Positions 54,148-64,000 are shown, counted from the first letter of the stretch. The stretch: DNA of 64,000 nt from an uncultured Candidatus Saccharibacteria bacterium (GCA_964420015.1 CAYQPO010000005.1:6523-70522); one strand, 5' to 3'. The notes: a model not told the origin generated them from the letters alone. Made by a program: numbers and translations.

Positions 54148-55719
54148 TTGCAACTGATGCAATACGCTAAAGTATTTGGCGCGCAGACCTCCGTACTCAC
54201 GCCGCATATTGTTTCGGTGGAGACAGACTTGAGTCGCGGGCTGCACGCGTTTACTTTGGTTGGTTTGCCCGATAAAGCGGTGGAGGAGGCGCGCGATAGG
54301 GTGAGCGCGGCGATTAAGCACGCGGGCTTTGAGTCGCCCAAGAGCCGTAATCAAAAAATTGTCATTTCGCTGGCTCCCGCGGATTTAAAAAAGGAAGGGC
54401 CCATGTTTGATCTGCCCATCGCGCTCTCTTATTTGCTAGCCGCGGGGGATATTAAGTTTGACCCCAGCCCCTATGTGTTTGTCGGCGAATTGGCACTCGA
54501 CGGTGCGGTAGCGCCGGTACGCGGCTTACTGCCTTTGGTGGCCGAAGCCAAACGCAGAAAAAAGAAAGCGGTCTTCGTGCCTAAAGAAAATGAGGCCGAA
54601 GCGGCACTGGTGGACGGCATTGCGGTTTATGGAGTCGAGAGTCTGCGCCAAGTGATCGACTTTTTAAACGAAAAGAAATCACCGGAGAATAAAAAGAGGG
54701 TGGGGCAAGAGATTAGTCTGAGGCCCGCCGCACAAACCAAACTTGAGCCCGACTTTGGCGACGGGCAGTTTGCGTTTGAAGACATCCGCGGGCAGCAGAG
54801 CGCCAAGCGTGCGGCAATCATCGCTGCAGCTGGCGGCCACAATCTTGGTCTCTCCGGGCCGCCGGGTACGGGCAAAACGATGCTCGCTCGCGCGCTCGCC
54901 TCGATTCTCCCGCCGCTCAGTTTCGACGACATGCTGGAGGTCAACTCGATCCACTCGGTGGCAGGCGTGTTGCGCGGCGAGCTACTCACTATGCCGCCCT
55001 TTCGCTCGCCCCATCACACCTCATCGTATGTTTCGATTGTGGGCGGTGGGGCAAACCCGCGCCCCGGCGAGGCCACACTTGCGCACAAAGGCGTGCTCTT
55101 TTTAGATGAGTTCCCCGAGTTTGAACGCCGGGTGATTGAAGCGCTGCGCCAGCCACTCGAAGACAGGATGATCAGTGTTGCGCGGGCCAAGGGGACGGCG
55201 CAATTCCCCGCGCGCTTTACGCTTGTGGCGGCGATGAACCCGTGCCCCTGCGGCAACTATGGCCACCCCGAAATCGCTTGCACTTGCAACCCGTTTGCAC
55301 TTGAGCGCTACCGCCGCAAACTCTCTGGCCCCATCGCCGACCGCATCGACCTTTGGAGCGTCATGGGCCCGGTGGAGCTTGGCGAGTTGGGACACAGAAA
55401 TAAAGAAGGGACCGAAACAACCGCAGCGCGCAAACGCGTGCTCGTTTCCCGCGAGGCCCAGAAGAAACGTTTTTCAAAAACTAAAAACCCGGGCAAGACC
55501 AACAGCGACCTCTCGCCGCGGGAATTGGACGAGCTGGTGCCACTCTCGCAAAAAGCACGTGAGGTGTTAGAGAAAGCGGGCACGCGTCTGGCACTTAGCC
55601 CGCGCGCCTTTCATCGCGTGATTAAAGTGGCGCGTACGATCGCCGACCTCGATGAACATCCTGACATCAACGAGTCGCACATTTTAGAGGCGCTGCAGTA
55701 CCGAGAGAAAAAGAGTTGA
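54148..55719 (+). CDS. YifB/ComM-family Mg-chelatase-like AAA+ ATPase
   Basis: TTG start; Lon-like N-terminus, GPPGTGKTMLARAL Walker A, LFLDEFPEF Walker B, C-terminal CPCGNYGHPEIACTC zinc motif. Confidence 0.9.
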   Translation: MQLMQYAKVFGAQTSVLTPHIVSVETDLSRGLHAFTLVGLPDKAVEEARDRVSAAIKHAGFESPKSRNQKIVISLAPADLKKEGPMFDLPIALSYLLAAGDIKFDPSPYVFVGELALDGAVAPVRGLLPLVAEAKRRKKKAVFVPKENEAEAALVDGIAVYGVESLRQVIDFLNEKKSPENKKRVGQEISLRPAAQTKLEPDFGDGQFAFEDIRGQQSAKRAAIIAAAGGHNLGLSGPPGTGKTMLARALASILPPLSFDDMLEVNSIHSVAGVLRGELLTMPPFRSPHHTSSYVSIVGGGANPRPGEATLAHKGVLFLDEFPEFERRVIEALRQPLEDRMISVARAKGTAQFPARFTLVAAMNPCPCGNYGHPEIACTCNPFALERYRRKLSGPIADRIDLWSVMGPVELGELGHRNKEGTETTAARKRVLVSREAQKKRFSKTKNPGKTNSDLSPRELDELVPLSQKAREVLEKAGTRLALSPRAFHRVIKVARTIADLDEHPDINESHILEALQYREKKS

Positions 55720-55726
55720 ACACCCT

Positions 55727-56359
55727 ATGACAAAGACTGCACTCATCAGGGCCCCAAGTTTGCACGCAGCGTCGATCAAACATCTTTCTAAAGACAAGTT
55801 GCTTGGGCCGTTTATTCGCGGTTATGGGCCCTTGCTTATTAGACGAAAGCCTACACAAAGCACGTTTGAGTCTTTGGCCCAGTCGATCATACACCAGCAG
55901 ATTTCGGGCGCAGCTGCGCGCAGCGTGGTTAAAAAGTTTCTGGCGCTGTGGCCAAAAAAGAAATTCCCCGCACCTAAAGATGTTGCCGCTGTTTCGCGAG
56001 CAAAACTGCGCCTAGCTGGTGTCTCATCGCAAAAAGTGGGCTACTTAAAAGACCTGGCGGATAAGTTTTTAGATGGCACGATCAATCCGAAGCTCTTTTC
56101 AAAGATGCGTGACGAGGAGATTATTGAGCACGTGGTTGCGGTCAAGGGGATAGGCGAGTGGACCGCACAGATGTTTTTGATGTTTACGCTTGGCCGACCT
56201 GACGTGCTCCCGACCGGCGATCTTGGCATCCAAAAAGCATTCCAAAAAGTGTTCCGGCTGCGCAAAAAGCCAAGCCCACAAAAAATGCAGCAGCTTTCCA
56301 AACGTTGGGCAGGACACCGCACGGTCGCGTGCTTTTACCTTTGGCGGATGATGGATTAG
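55727..56359 (+). CDS. HhH-GPD superfamily DNA glycosylase (AlkA/3-methyladenine glycosylase II-like)
   Basis: GIGEWTAQMFLMFTLGRPDVLPTGDLGIQKA helix-hairpin-helix + catalytic Asp context. Confidence 0.7.
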   Translation: MTKTALIRAPSLHAASIKHLSKDKLLGPFIRGYGPLLIRRKPTQSTFESLAQSIIHQQISGAAARSVVKKFLALWPKKKFPAPKDVAAVSRAKLRLAGVSSQKVGYLKDLADKFLDGTINPKLFSKMRDEEIIEHVVAVKGIGEWTAQMFLMFTLGRPDVLPTGDLGIQKAFQKVFRLRKKPSPQKMQQLSKRWAGHRTVACFYLWRMMD

Positions 56360-56361
56360 GC

Positions 56362-56389
56362 AAAAAAGAAAGCCCCGCGCCGCGGGGCT
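56362..56389 (-). terminator. intrinsic terminator (minus orientation)
   Basis: AGCCCCG-loop-CGGGGCT with an A-tract on the plus side (T-tract on the minus strand). Confidence 0.45.
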
Positions 56390-56428
56390 CGGACCGACAA
56401 GGGCCCAGGCAAAAGCTCTACCGAATCA

Positions 56429-56710
56429 TTATGACTCGGCAGGAGCCACCGGATTGAGCCGCTTTACCAAGTCGACTAATGTCTCCCTGAGCTCGTCACG
56501 CAACGAAGAGATGCCCGGTAGCCGGCCATAGTGATTCCCAGAGAGTCTGACCATCTGTGAGCGCAGCGCTGTCTGCACTTTTTCGTTTTCCTCTTCTGAG
56601 AACTCCGTCGCACGCAAGTCGAGCAGACATTCCACGTACTCTTGCTCTGTGTCTGAGTTCAAGTGTAGGAATAACTCGCCTAGAGCTTGTAACCTCTCCT
56701 CGAGATTCAT
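56429..56710 (-). CDS. hypothetical acidic protein (93 aa)
   Basis: start at MNLEERLQ with SD GGAGG 6 nt upstream. Confidence 0.4.
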   Translation of the reverse strand: MNLEERLQALGELFLHLNSDTEQEYVECLLDLRATEFSEEENEKVQTALRSQMVRLSGNHYGRLPGISSLRDELRETLVDLVKRLNPVAPAES

Positions 56711-56799
56711 GTCTCGCCTCCAACCGCAAAAACTCCCTGCACAGACTGTAACACCTCTCAAAAAATTTTAAAAATCTCTCTCGAAGCGCCCGTTTTTAT

Positions 56800-57924
56800 T
56801 TAAATCGCAAACGGGTTGACTGCGCCACGAACCTCGAAGTGCAGGTGCGGGCCAGTAGCCTCGCCCGTGCTACCCACTTTGCCGATTACCTCTCCGCGCG
56901 AAACACTCTCCCCCGAAGAGACCAGCACCCGGCTCATATGCGCGTAGAGTGTTTGAGTACCGTTTGCATGCGCGATTACCACGTAGTTGCCATAGCCACC
57001 GTTCCACCCGCCGCCGCCACGCGCGACGATCACCATGCCGTCTGCTGCTGCATAAATGCCCGTACCAGAGAGCGCGCCGATATCAACGGCGTTCCATCCG
57101 TGTAGGCCTTGGGTGATCACGCCGCCTGCAACCGGCCACCCAAAGTAACCGCCCAAGTCTGGCCCGCTACCGCCCAAATACGGTTCGCCGCCGCCTTTTT
57201 TAATGCGGCTGATCGCTTTTTGGTGTGCAGTTTGTGCGAGCTGTGCAGCGGTCGGAGGCACCTCGCCGTTGGGGATGATCAGCACCGTTCCTTGAGCGAG
57301 TGCGGCGTCTGGGGCAAGCCCGTTGTACTGCGCGATTTCGTTTGCGTCGCCTTTATACTTCTTCGCAATCCCTGCAAGCGTATCGCCTTTTAGCGTTGTG
57401 TATTGCACGCCCGCGATCGGCAAGATTACCAGCTGGTCGCCCTCATGAATGGTCCCGCCTTTGAGGTTGTTGGCCCACACAATGGTGTTGGCCGTGACCC
57501 CAAACATCTTGGCTATTGCCTGGAGCGTGTCGCCTTTGTGCACTGTATAAATCGAGATCGCCGTTGACTGCGGCAAAGCAGTGTCGACGTCGGCCGCAGT
57601 ACCCGACGGCCCTTCCTCGGAGATCAGCGCCTCGCCACCAACCAGTGAGATGTCACCTCCGCCTGTCGCTGGGTTGGGGTCGATGTTGTGCGCTGGCGTA
57701 AGCAGCGACACTGTTTGGGAGTTTTGCGACGCGACCGAAGCGGCAGAAGTTTTAGTTATGTCTTGCAAAAAAGAGGGGATCGAAAAAAGGCTCGCCTGTG
57801 CAAACACCGGAGCAAGAAGCATCAAAGACGCCCCCGACGATATGGCGGCAAACCAGAGCGACTTTTTGAGCTTCTCATGGGCCAAGGAGCCGCGGTGAGA
57901 GTGGCGTGAACGTGTAGATTTCAA
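56800..57924 (-). CDS. LysM-domain M23-family peptidoglycan endopeptidase
   Basis: two LysM repeats (YTVHKGDTLQAIAKMFGV.., YTTLKGDTLAGIAKKYKG..) + M23 motifs (HGWNAVD, GYGNYVVIAHANG, GPHLHFEV). Confidence 0.85.
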   Translation of the reverse strand: MKSTRSRHSHRGSLAHEKLKKSLWFAAISSGASLMLLAPVFAQASLFSIPSFLQDITKTSAASVASQNSQTVSLLTPAHNIDPNPATGGGDISLVGGEALISEEGPSGTAADVDTALPQSTAISIYTVHKGDTLQAIAKMFGVTANTIVWANNLKGGTIHEGDQLVILPIAGVQYTTLKGDTLAGIAKKYKGDANEIAQYNGLAPDAALAQGTVLIIPNGEVPPTAAQLAQTAHQKAISRIKKGGGEPYLGGSGPDLGGYFGWPVAGGVITQGLHGWNAVDIGALSGTGIYAAADGMVIVARGGGGWNGGYGNYVVIAHANGTQTLYAHMSRVLVSSGESVSRGEVIGKVGSTGEATGPHLHFEVRGAVNPFAI

Positions 57925-58127
57925 AACAGTGATTTTGGCCTGAATTTTGCGTGATTCTGCTAAAAAATGGCCCTATTGAGCCACATTTTTAGCTCCCGTC
58001 CCTGTGTAAACCCACTATAAGAAAGTGGATCACATAGCGCAACCGCTTGGTGTTTCATCTGTGGACAATATCTGAAGTTTCAATGAAAAAACGTTGAAAA
58101 ATAAGGTCAAAAAAGTATGATAGAGCA

Positions 58128-60008
58128 GTGGAGCATCTTCAGGGACTCAACTTACAACAGCGTGATGCCACTTTGGCAATAGACGGACCGCTTTTGGTAC
58201 TGGCCGGAGCGGGGGCGGGAAAGACCAAGGTTATCACCCACCGGATTTTGCACATCATTAAAAGCGGCGTCGCCCCCGAGCACGTGCTCGCAGTTACCTT
58301 TACCAACAAGGCAGCGGGGGAGATGCGCGAGCGGGTGGCACATTTGCTGCACAAAAATGAGGGTGCTCACGTTGGAGGTATGCCCTTTGTGTCGACCTTT
58401 CATTCGCTTGGGCTCACGCTCATTAAAGAGAACGCCAAACTCCTCGGCTACAAACGCGCGCCGGCGATTTATGACCGCGCTGACAGCTTACGCGAGATGA
58501 AACGCGCACTCAAAGAGGTTGGGCAAGAGATGATAGAGGCGCGCGCCGCGCTCGCGGTAGTGTCGCGCCAAAAAGGCGACGGCATTACGCAAGAAGAGTA
58601 CGCACTCAGTGCAAACAATTTTCGCGAGCGCGGGATCGCGCTCGCCTGGCAAAAGTATGACGCTGCACTCAAACAAGACGGCGCGATGGACTTTGACGAC
58701 CTGCTGGTCAAAGCGGTGGCGCTCCTCGAGCAGCACCCCGAGGTGCGCGAGCGCTACCGAGCACGCTGGCGCTATATACACATAGACGAGTATCAAGACA
58801 CCAACGCCATCCAGGCGCGTCTGGCCAAAGCGCTCGTAGGACCTGAGAAAAATATTTGTGCCGTGGGCGACATCGATCAAACTATTTATAGTTGGCGCGG
58901 TGCTAGAGTAGAAAACTTGCTGCGTTTTGAGCGCGAGTACCCAGGCGCACGTACCATTGTGCTCGTGCAAAATTATCGATCGACCAAAAACATCCTCGAT
59001 GCGGCCAACATGATAATTGAGAAGAACAACAATCGCGTAGAAAAAGTATTAGAGACTGACCAGGGCCCAGGGCACTTGCTGGGGCTGTATCAAGCATTTG
59101 ACGAGAACGATGAGGCCGGCTTCGTAACACGCATTATCAAAGAGCAGCTGCAAAAAGGCAGACAGCCCAGAGATTTTGCACTGCTCTATCGGGCCAACTT
59201 CCAGTCCAGAGCGCTGGAAGAGCAGTTGCTCGCGGCAAAGATCGACTACCAAGTACTCGGGACACGCTTTTTTGAACGCAAAGAGGTCAAAGACATCTTG
59301 AGCTACATACGCGCAGCGCTGTATGAAACGCCGGCTGATATCGCACGCGCCACCGAAACCCCCAGCCGTGGCATTGGCAAAGTGACCTTGCTCAAAATCT
59401 TACAAAAACAACCGATCGGAGGGACCATCGGCGCGAAGGTGAGTACATTTTTGCAACTCCTCACCACAATTCGCAGGGCTGCTCAAGAGATGTTGCCCGG
59501 GCAACTAGTACAACTAGTCGCCAAAGAAAGTGGGATCGAAACTCTATTGCGCGAAGACAAGGTTGAGGGCGTGGAGCGCTTGGAGAACATTCGCGAGCTC
59601 GTCGGCCTCGCCTCGCGCTATGCAACTACAGAGGAGTTTTTGGAGCAGGTGGCACTCCAGAGCGAGCAAGACAACTTAAAAGAAGAGCGCAATGCGGTGC
59701 GACTCATGACGGTGCACGCCGCCAAAGGATTGGAGTTCGCGATAGTGTTTATTGTGGGGCTCGAAGAGGGGCTCTTCCCCTATGCAAGCGAGTTTGACGA
59801 AGGGCGCGATGCGGAAGAGGAGCGACGTTTGATGTACGTTGCGGTTACCCGCGCGCGAGAGAAATTGTATTTGACTTACGCCTCCTACCGCACCATGTTT
59901 GGCTCTAAAAACGCCACGCTGCCCTCACAATTTTTAAGCGACATCCCGGGGCATCTACTCGAGCTCGAGATGCCTGAGCGGTTAGGAAAGACTATATATT
60001 TAGACTAA
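58128..60008 (+). CDS. ATP-dependent DNA helicase UvrD/PcrA family
   Basis: AGAGAGKTKVITHR (motif I), TFHS, DEYQDTN (motif II), helicase C-terminal motifs VHAAKGLEF. Confidence 0.9.
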   Translation: MEHLQGLNLQQRDATLAIDGPLLVLAGAGAGKTKVITHRILHIIKSGVAPEHVLAVTFTNKAAGEMRERVAHLLHKNEGAHVGGMPFVSTFHSLGLTLIKENAKLLGYKRAPAIYDRADSLREMKRALKEVGQEMIEARAALAVVSRQKGDGITQEEYALSANNFRERGIALAWQKYDAALKQDGAMDFDDLLVKAVALLEQHPEVRERYRARWRYIHIDEYQDTNAIQARLAKALVGPEKNICAVGDIDQTIYSWRGARVENLLRFEREYPGARTIVLVQNYRSTKNILDAANMIIEKNNNRVEKVLETDQGPGHLLGLYQAFDENDEAGFVTRIIKEQLQKGRQPRDFALLYRANFQSRALEEQLLAAKIDYQVLGTRFFERKEVKDILSYIRAALYETPADIARATETPSRGIGKVTLLKILQKQPIGGTIGAKVSTFLQLLTTIRRAAQEMLPGQLVQLVAKESGIETLLREDKVEGVERLENIRELVGLASRYATTEEFLEQVALQSEQDNLKEERNAVRLMTVHAAKGLEFAIVFIVGLEEGLFPYASEFDEGRDAEEERRLMYVAVTRAREKLYLTYASYRTMFGSKNATLPSQFLSDIPGHLLELEMPERLGKTIYLD

Positions 60009-60718
60009 TGCAAAAGAAGAAGTCGCTCGGGCAGCACTTTTTAAAAAACGGCGCGTACTTGAGTGCCGTTGCTGAGGCGGCATACATCAAAAAAGGCGAC
60101 ACGGTACTTGAGATTGGCCCAGGCGAGGGGACGCTCACCGAGGTGTTGGCGCGCCGCGGCGCAAAAGTGATCGCGCTGGAGAAAGACACTCGACTCATCG
60201 CGTTTTTGCGCCAAAAGTTCGCCGCGGCAGACGTACATATAGTAGAGGGTGACGCATTGGAGTTTGAACCGCAGTATAAAAAATATAAAGTGGTGGGGAA
60301 CATCCCGTACTACATCACCGGCGCACTGCTGAGGAGGTTTCTTTCGGCAAAACACCAACCTTCGGCATTGGTCTTTTTATTGCAAAAGGAGGTGGCAGAG
60401 CGGATCGCCCGCAGCAAAAAAGAGAGTATACTTTCCCTTTCGGTGAAAGCGTATGGCACACCGAAGTATATAAAGAGTGTGCCGCGCGGCGCATTTAGCC
60501 CACTACCCAAGGTCGATTCGGCGATTTTGTTGGTAGACAAAATCTCGCGCAAAAACTTTGTCAATGCCGCACATGAGGAGCACTTTTTTGCACTCATCAA
60601 AAAAGCCTTCGGCCAGAAACGCAAAATGCTGCGCTCCACTATTGGCATTGACTCTAACGAACGCCCGGAAGACGTATCGCTCACTCGCTGGCTTGAGCTT
60701 GCTAAAAGAGCGCGCTAG
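60008..60718 (+). CDS. rsmA: 16S rRNA (adenine1518/1519-N6)-dimethyltransferase RsmA/KsgA
   Basis: GQHFLKN.., VLEIGPGEGTLT, NIPYYIT. Confidence 0.9.
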   Translation: MQKKKSLGQHFLKNGAYLSAVAEAAYIKKGDTVLEIGPGEGTLTEVLARRGAKVIALEKDTRLIAFLRQKFAAADVHIVEGDALEFEPQYKKYKVVGNIPYYITGALLRRFLSAKHQPSALVFLLQKEVAERIARSKKESILSLSVKAYGTPKYIKSVPRGAFSPLPKVDSAILLVDKISRKNFVNAAHEEHFFALIKKAFGQKRKMLRSTIGIDSNERPEDVSLTRWLELAKRAR

Positions 60719-61190
60719 TGCCCACCATCGTCATCCGCAAGCCGTAGAGCGGCACATGTACCGGCCCCGGGAGAAAACAGACAAACGGCGCATCATAGGT
60801 GCCTAAAACTTGCTGGCCGATGTTACGCGGTGGCCCGGCGAGCTTGGTGATGGTCGCGATAGTCCATATATAGGTAACGGGGAAGATCCCTGCCGGTTTG
60901 ATGGTGACGTGGAGGGCAGGGGCCACACCGATGACACAGGGGACGACGGCGATGATCCTGCCGCCGAATGAGCGGGACACCAAACGGGTGACCGGAATGG
61001 TAGCAGCAGAGGAGGTGAGGCCCGAGATGAGGCTAATGCCCGCGATGGTACCGATCGCGAGCCCTATAGAAAGGGCAGCATTGCTAGAACTGTTTTGCTT
61101 GGCGGTCGAGGTACTGACCTGTGCAAACAGCGGAGCTGGAACGAGCAAAAAAACTAAAAAGGGTACGCAAAGACGAATAGAGCGCCGCAT
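60702..61190 (-). CDS. hypothetical secreted protein
   Basis: signal-peptide-like N-terminus; overlaps the rsmA 3' end by 17 nt; weak RBS, so could be spurious. Confidence 0.3.
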   Translation of the reverse strand: MRRSIRLCVPFLVFLLVPAPLFAQVSTSTAKQNSSSNAALSIGLAIGTIAGISLISGLTSSAATIPVTRLVSRSFGGRIIAVVPCVIGVAPALHVTIKPAGIFPVTYIWTIATITKLAGPPRNIGQQVLGTYDAPFVCFLPGPVHVPLYGLRMTMVGTSALF

Positions 61191-61212
61191 AGGTACAGTA
61201 TACTTAAGAGCA

Positions 61213-62103
61213 ATGAGGCTGGCTTCATACTTACCCAGTGGTCAGTTTAGCGTGCTTGCCGGCTCGCTGACGCTCGCCGCGGGGCTCGTCATCGGCGCAC
61301 AATACATAACCGGTGCCCCAGCCCAGCCATCCTTTGTAGAGTCTGCGGCGCAAACGGCCGACCAAGGTGACTGGAGAGCAGCGCTCGATGCGATACAAGC
61401 CTCGGCCCCAACGCTGCCGCCTGCACCGAGCCCCGACGTGACCAAAACACTCCTTGCCGGAGCCAAAACAAACAATCTCACCGACACCGTGGCTCGCACG
61501 CTTTTGGTTAATCTCAGCTCCGCGAGCTCACAAGGGTTGGGCACCGACATCCCCACTCAAGACGGCATTATTGCCTCTGCAGTGGCCCAACTGCCGCAGA
61601 CCGCTCCAGAAAAGGTCTACGGAGCGGCCGACCTCAGCACGGTCGCCGACTCTAAAGACAGCCAGCATACCTACGGCGATGCGGTCATGGTGGTGCTTAG
61701 CCACCACACCTCCGCCACCACCAAAGCGACCCTCTATGCGCTCGACCAAGCACTAGAGCAAAACGACCCTCAAGCACTCGACGATCTTGCCCGCCTCCAA
61801 GACCAATACGCGGCGCTTACGCAAGAGCTCTCTGCGGTGCCGACACCCAAAACGCTTGTACCGCTCCATCTGCAGGCGCTAAACAGCCTCGGCGCAGTCG
61901 CGGCGAGCTTCGAGGGGTTGGCGCTCGCGACTAAAGATCCCTTGCAAGCGCTACAGGGGCTGCAGCAGTATAACCAAAACATCGGCAAGGTGGGCGGCGT
62001 GTTCACAGCTATCAGTGAGAATCTCAGCAAGAACGGTATACTTTTTACTAAAGACGAACCCGGCGCAGCCTGGGCGGTCTTTAGTGCCCCGGACACTCCA
62101 TGA
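61213..62103 (+). CDS. TM-anchored hypothetical protein
   Basis: start taken at MRLASYLPSGQFSVLAGSLTLAAGLVIG (TM); the upstream extension in the track looks non-coding. Confidence 0.4.
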   Translation: MRLASYLPSGQFSVLAGSLTLAAGLVIGAQYITGAPAQPSFVESAAQTADQGDWRAALDAIQASAPTLPPAPSPDVTKTLLAGAKTNNLTDTVARTLLVNLSSASSQGLGTDIPTQDGIIASAVAQLPQTAPEKVYGAADLSTVADSKDSQHTYGDAVMVVLSHHTSATTKATLYALDQALEQNDPQALDDLARLQDQYAALTQELSAVPTPKTLVPLHLQALNSLGAVAASFEGLALATKDPLQALQGLQQYNQNIGKVGGVFTAISENLSKNGILFTKDEPGAAWAVFSAPDTP

Positions 62104-63971
62104 CCAAACGGATTATTTTGATCATCCTCGCCGCCGCAGTGCTTGCACTGGTGGTCGGGCTCGCGTGGTTTTGGTTTTTTAGCGGCAGCGGAGCGCCGCA
62201 GCCCCAGAGCGGTACCTTTGGCACAGGCCAAAACCGCTCAAGCGGCAGCGGTGCTTCGGGGGAAGCTGCGTCAAACAACAATATTCCTTCCAACGTAACC
62301 GGGGCGCAGGGCGGGGCAAACGCCGCCACCGGTGGCGGGTCCAGTCTCGGTGGCGGTGCACCCTTTGCTCAAGGCTCTCTTGGTGCAATACCGAGCGTCG
62401 GGAGCGTCCCGGGCGTCGACTGGCTTGGCGGCAGTGTCTCCGGGGGTGTGGGCCCTGCCGGCGGCAGCAGCTTCGTCCCCAAAACGGTCAACCAGCTCAA
62501 CAACAGCACCGTGAGCGGCTCGCCCACTATTTTGGGCACCTACGGGTCTAACCCGGGCTCGAACAATAGCAACAATCTAGGGCTCGCGGTCGGTGGGATC
62601 ATCGGCGCGGGGGTGGGCTGCGCGGCACTATTTGGATTTCAAAGCTTGGGCGAGGCCAAAGCAGCCGCAGAGGGCGCTACGGTGGGGTTGGGTGGCGGTT
62701 TTGTATTGGTCTATGATTGGCGACAAGCAGCGAAACAATCATCAAATCAATTCAAAGACACCGGCGACTGCTTGGCACGCACCATCGGACGCGCGGTGAT
62801 CCAGCAGATGACCAACAGCGTGGTCAACTGGATCAACTCGGGCTTTAACGGCAAGCCGTCGTTTGTAACCAACTTTCAGCAATACTTCACCAATGTGGGC
62901 GACCAGGCCGCGGGCGAGTTTATCCGCGGCACAGCACTCTCGTTTCTGTGCTCGCCATTCCAACTTAAAATCCGCATCGCGATCGCACAGAGCTACGCGC
63001 GGCGCAACAATGCCGCCTCGTGTACCCTAACCGGTATCGGCAAAAACCTCGACCGCTTTATAAACGGCAACTTTAACGCAGGTGGATGGGGGAGCTTGCT
63101 GCAATTTACTACCATACCCACCAACAACCCCTACGGAGCCTACGCCTATGCACAGATTGGCCTCAACAATGCACAGAGTAATGCGCTCAATAATGCCAAC
63201 CGCAACATCACTCCAGGCGGATTTATATCGCTGCAAAAATGTGAAACACTCCCTGGCCCAACCCAAGATGGCAAACCGCTACAAGATTGCAAGGTGGTAA
63301 CCCCCGGCAGTGTGATCGAAGACTCACTCAAAGAGACGCTCAAGCAGCCCTACCTGGCCAACCAACTCGCACAAAGCTTCGACCAAATTATTAGCGCACT
63401 AATGAACCAGCTCATCACCAAGACGCTCTACAATGGGCTCACCTCGCTCTCGGGCCAAAACGGCTACGCCTCGGACTATCTCACCCCCGAACAACAACAG
63501 GCGCAAAACACCGCTCAGGGACTCTTGAGCGACCTGCAGGCCAAGGTGCAGATCGCGCAGCAGTTTGGCGCCGTGGCGCAAGGCTCGATCGGGGACATCC
63601 AAAACGCTCAGCAGCTCCTCAAGAGCCTGGCCGATTGCTACGCAACCAAGGGCAAGACCGCTCAAGCAAGTTCAACTGAGGACCTTATCGCCGGGTACAA
63701 CTCGCAGGTCGACGCCTACAACACTACGATCACGAAAGCCAACCAAGCGATCGCCGTTTTGCAAGACCTGCAGAGCCGGACACTCAACGTGGTGACTCCG
63801 CAAGACGTCGCAGCAGTGCAAGCCGCCTACACGCAGGCACAAGGGAGCGGCGCGCTCTTTACCCAAGCCGATGTGACCAACGCGCAGCAAGACCGCACCA
63901 CGCTCCAGGCCAACCTCGCCAACCGCAATGCAACTACGCAGAGCGACCTCCAACAATGCAATGCGCTTTAA
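62100..63971 (+). CDS. large TM-anchored Gly/Ser/Asn-rich surface protein (623 aa)
   Basis: ATGA overlap with the upstream gene; N-terminal TM, about 200-aa low-complexity G/S/N region, Q/A-rich C-terminal half. Confidence 0.45.
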   Translation: MTKRIILIILAAAVLALVVGLAWFWFFSGSGAPQPQSGTFGTGQNRSSGSGASGEAASNNNIPSNVTGAQGGANAATGGGSSLGGGAPFAQGSLGAIPSVGSVPGVDWLGGSVSGGVGPAGGSSFVPKTVNQLNNSTVSGSPTILGTYGSNPGSNNSNNLGLAVGGIIGAGVGCAALFGFQSLGEAKAAAEGATVGLGGGFVLVYDWRQAAKQSSNQFKDTGDCLARTIGRAVIQQMTNSVVNWINSGFNGKPSFVTNFQQYFTNVGDQAAGEFIRGTALSFLCSPFQLKIRIAIAQSYARRNNAASCTLTGIGKNLDRFINGNFNAGGWGSLLQFTTIPTNNPYGAYAYAQIGLNNAQSNALNNANRNITPGGFISLQKCETLPGPTQDGKPLQDCKVVTPGSVIEDSLKETLKQPYLANQLAQSFDQIISALMNQLITKTLYNGLTSLSGQNGYASDYLTPEQQQAQNTAQGLLSDLQAKVQIAQQFGAVAQGSIGDIQNAQQLLKSLADCYATKGKTAQASSTEDLIAGYNSQVDAYNTTITKANQAIAVLQDLQSRTLNVVTPQDVAAVQAAYTQAQGSGALFTQADVTNAQQDRTTLQANLANRNATTQSDLQQCNAL

Positions 63972-64000
63972 GCTACTCACAAGACTAATACCGGGCGTCT

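Noticed and set aside
60898-61212. Upstream 105-codon extension of the 61213 gene in the ORF track
   Set aside because: The extension is low-complexity, lacks a TM or signal, and overlaps the convergent 60702-61190 ORF; the internal Met preceding the TM helix is the more plausible start.
1-64000. CRISPR arrays, rRNA genes, transposases/IS elements
   Set aside because: No regularly spaced direct repeats, no 16S/23S/5S conserved strings (e.g. GTGCCAGCAGCCGCGGTAA) and no DDE/HUH transposase-like ORFs were seen on either strand.

Overview
This 64-kb window looks like chromosomal DNA from a small-genome, monoderm-type bacterium (about 55-58% GC). Many proteins are short and anchored by an N-terminal transmembrane helix rather than a lipobox. 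RNase Y is present and no outer-membrane or LPS pathway genes are seen, with one LpxC-like exception noted below. I would guess a CPR/Patescibacteria-like or other reduced Gram-positive-type lineage, but cannot verify this without a search. The housekeeping genes are nusA, ppa, tig-clpP, rny, hup, cca, xth, rpsO, pnp, uvrD/pcrA, rsmA, a YifB/ComM-type ATPase, an HhH-GPD glycosylase, a LysM+M23 peptidase, and four tRNAs (Gly-UCC, Pro-UGG, Arg-UCG, Gly-GCC). The dominant non-housekeeping content is a paralogue expansion. Eight TM-anchored LivK-type (PF13458-like) substrate-binding proteins sit beside nine TrmB-like winged-helix regulators. One single-copy livH/livM/livG/livF permease and ATPase set is split up and interleaved among them, together with unrelated inserted cassettes. 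Palindromic operator-like sites lie at the divergent regulator/SBP promoters. Other candidates for follow-up are listed here.
- A 40-aa very basic sORF, followed by an intrinsic attenuator hairpin, lies in front of a radical SAM enzyme.
- A consensus promoter drives a roughly 235-nt GC-rich structured RNA that leads into a small ORF and a GNRA-loop terminator.
- A four-helix-bundle ('23S IVS-type') protein gene flanked by roughly 30-bp inverted repeats is inserted between livH and livM.
- A DUF5678-like small protein is paired with a retropepsin-like aspartic protease between an SBP gene and livG.
- A full-length LpxC-fold deacetylase homologue sits, with a NYN-domain protein and a hypothetical, between rpsO and pnp.
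- Five direct copies of TGTCCTTTA bracket the yraN-tRNA-cca block.
- A promoter, SD, 35-aa ORF and terminator form a mini-gene next to a TrmB paralogue.
- Leaderless-type promoters, with a -10 box 6-10 nt from the start codon, recur.
No CRISPR array, rRNA or clear transposase was seen. Coordinates of hand-derived elements (tRNAs, hairpins, promoters, sORFs) may be off by 1-2 nt, and product calls rest on motif recognition from memory, not database searches.
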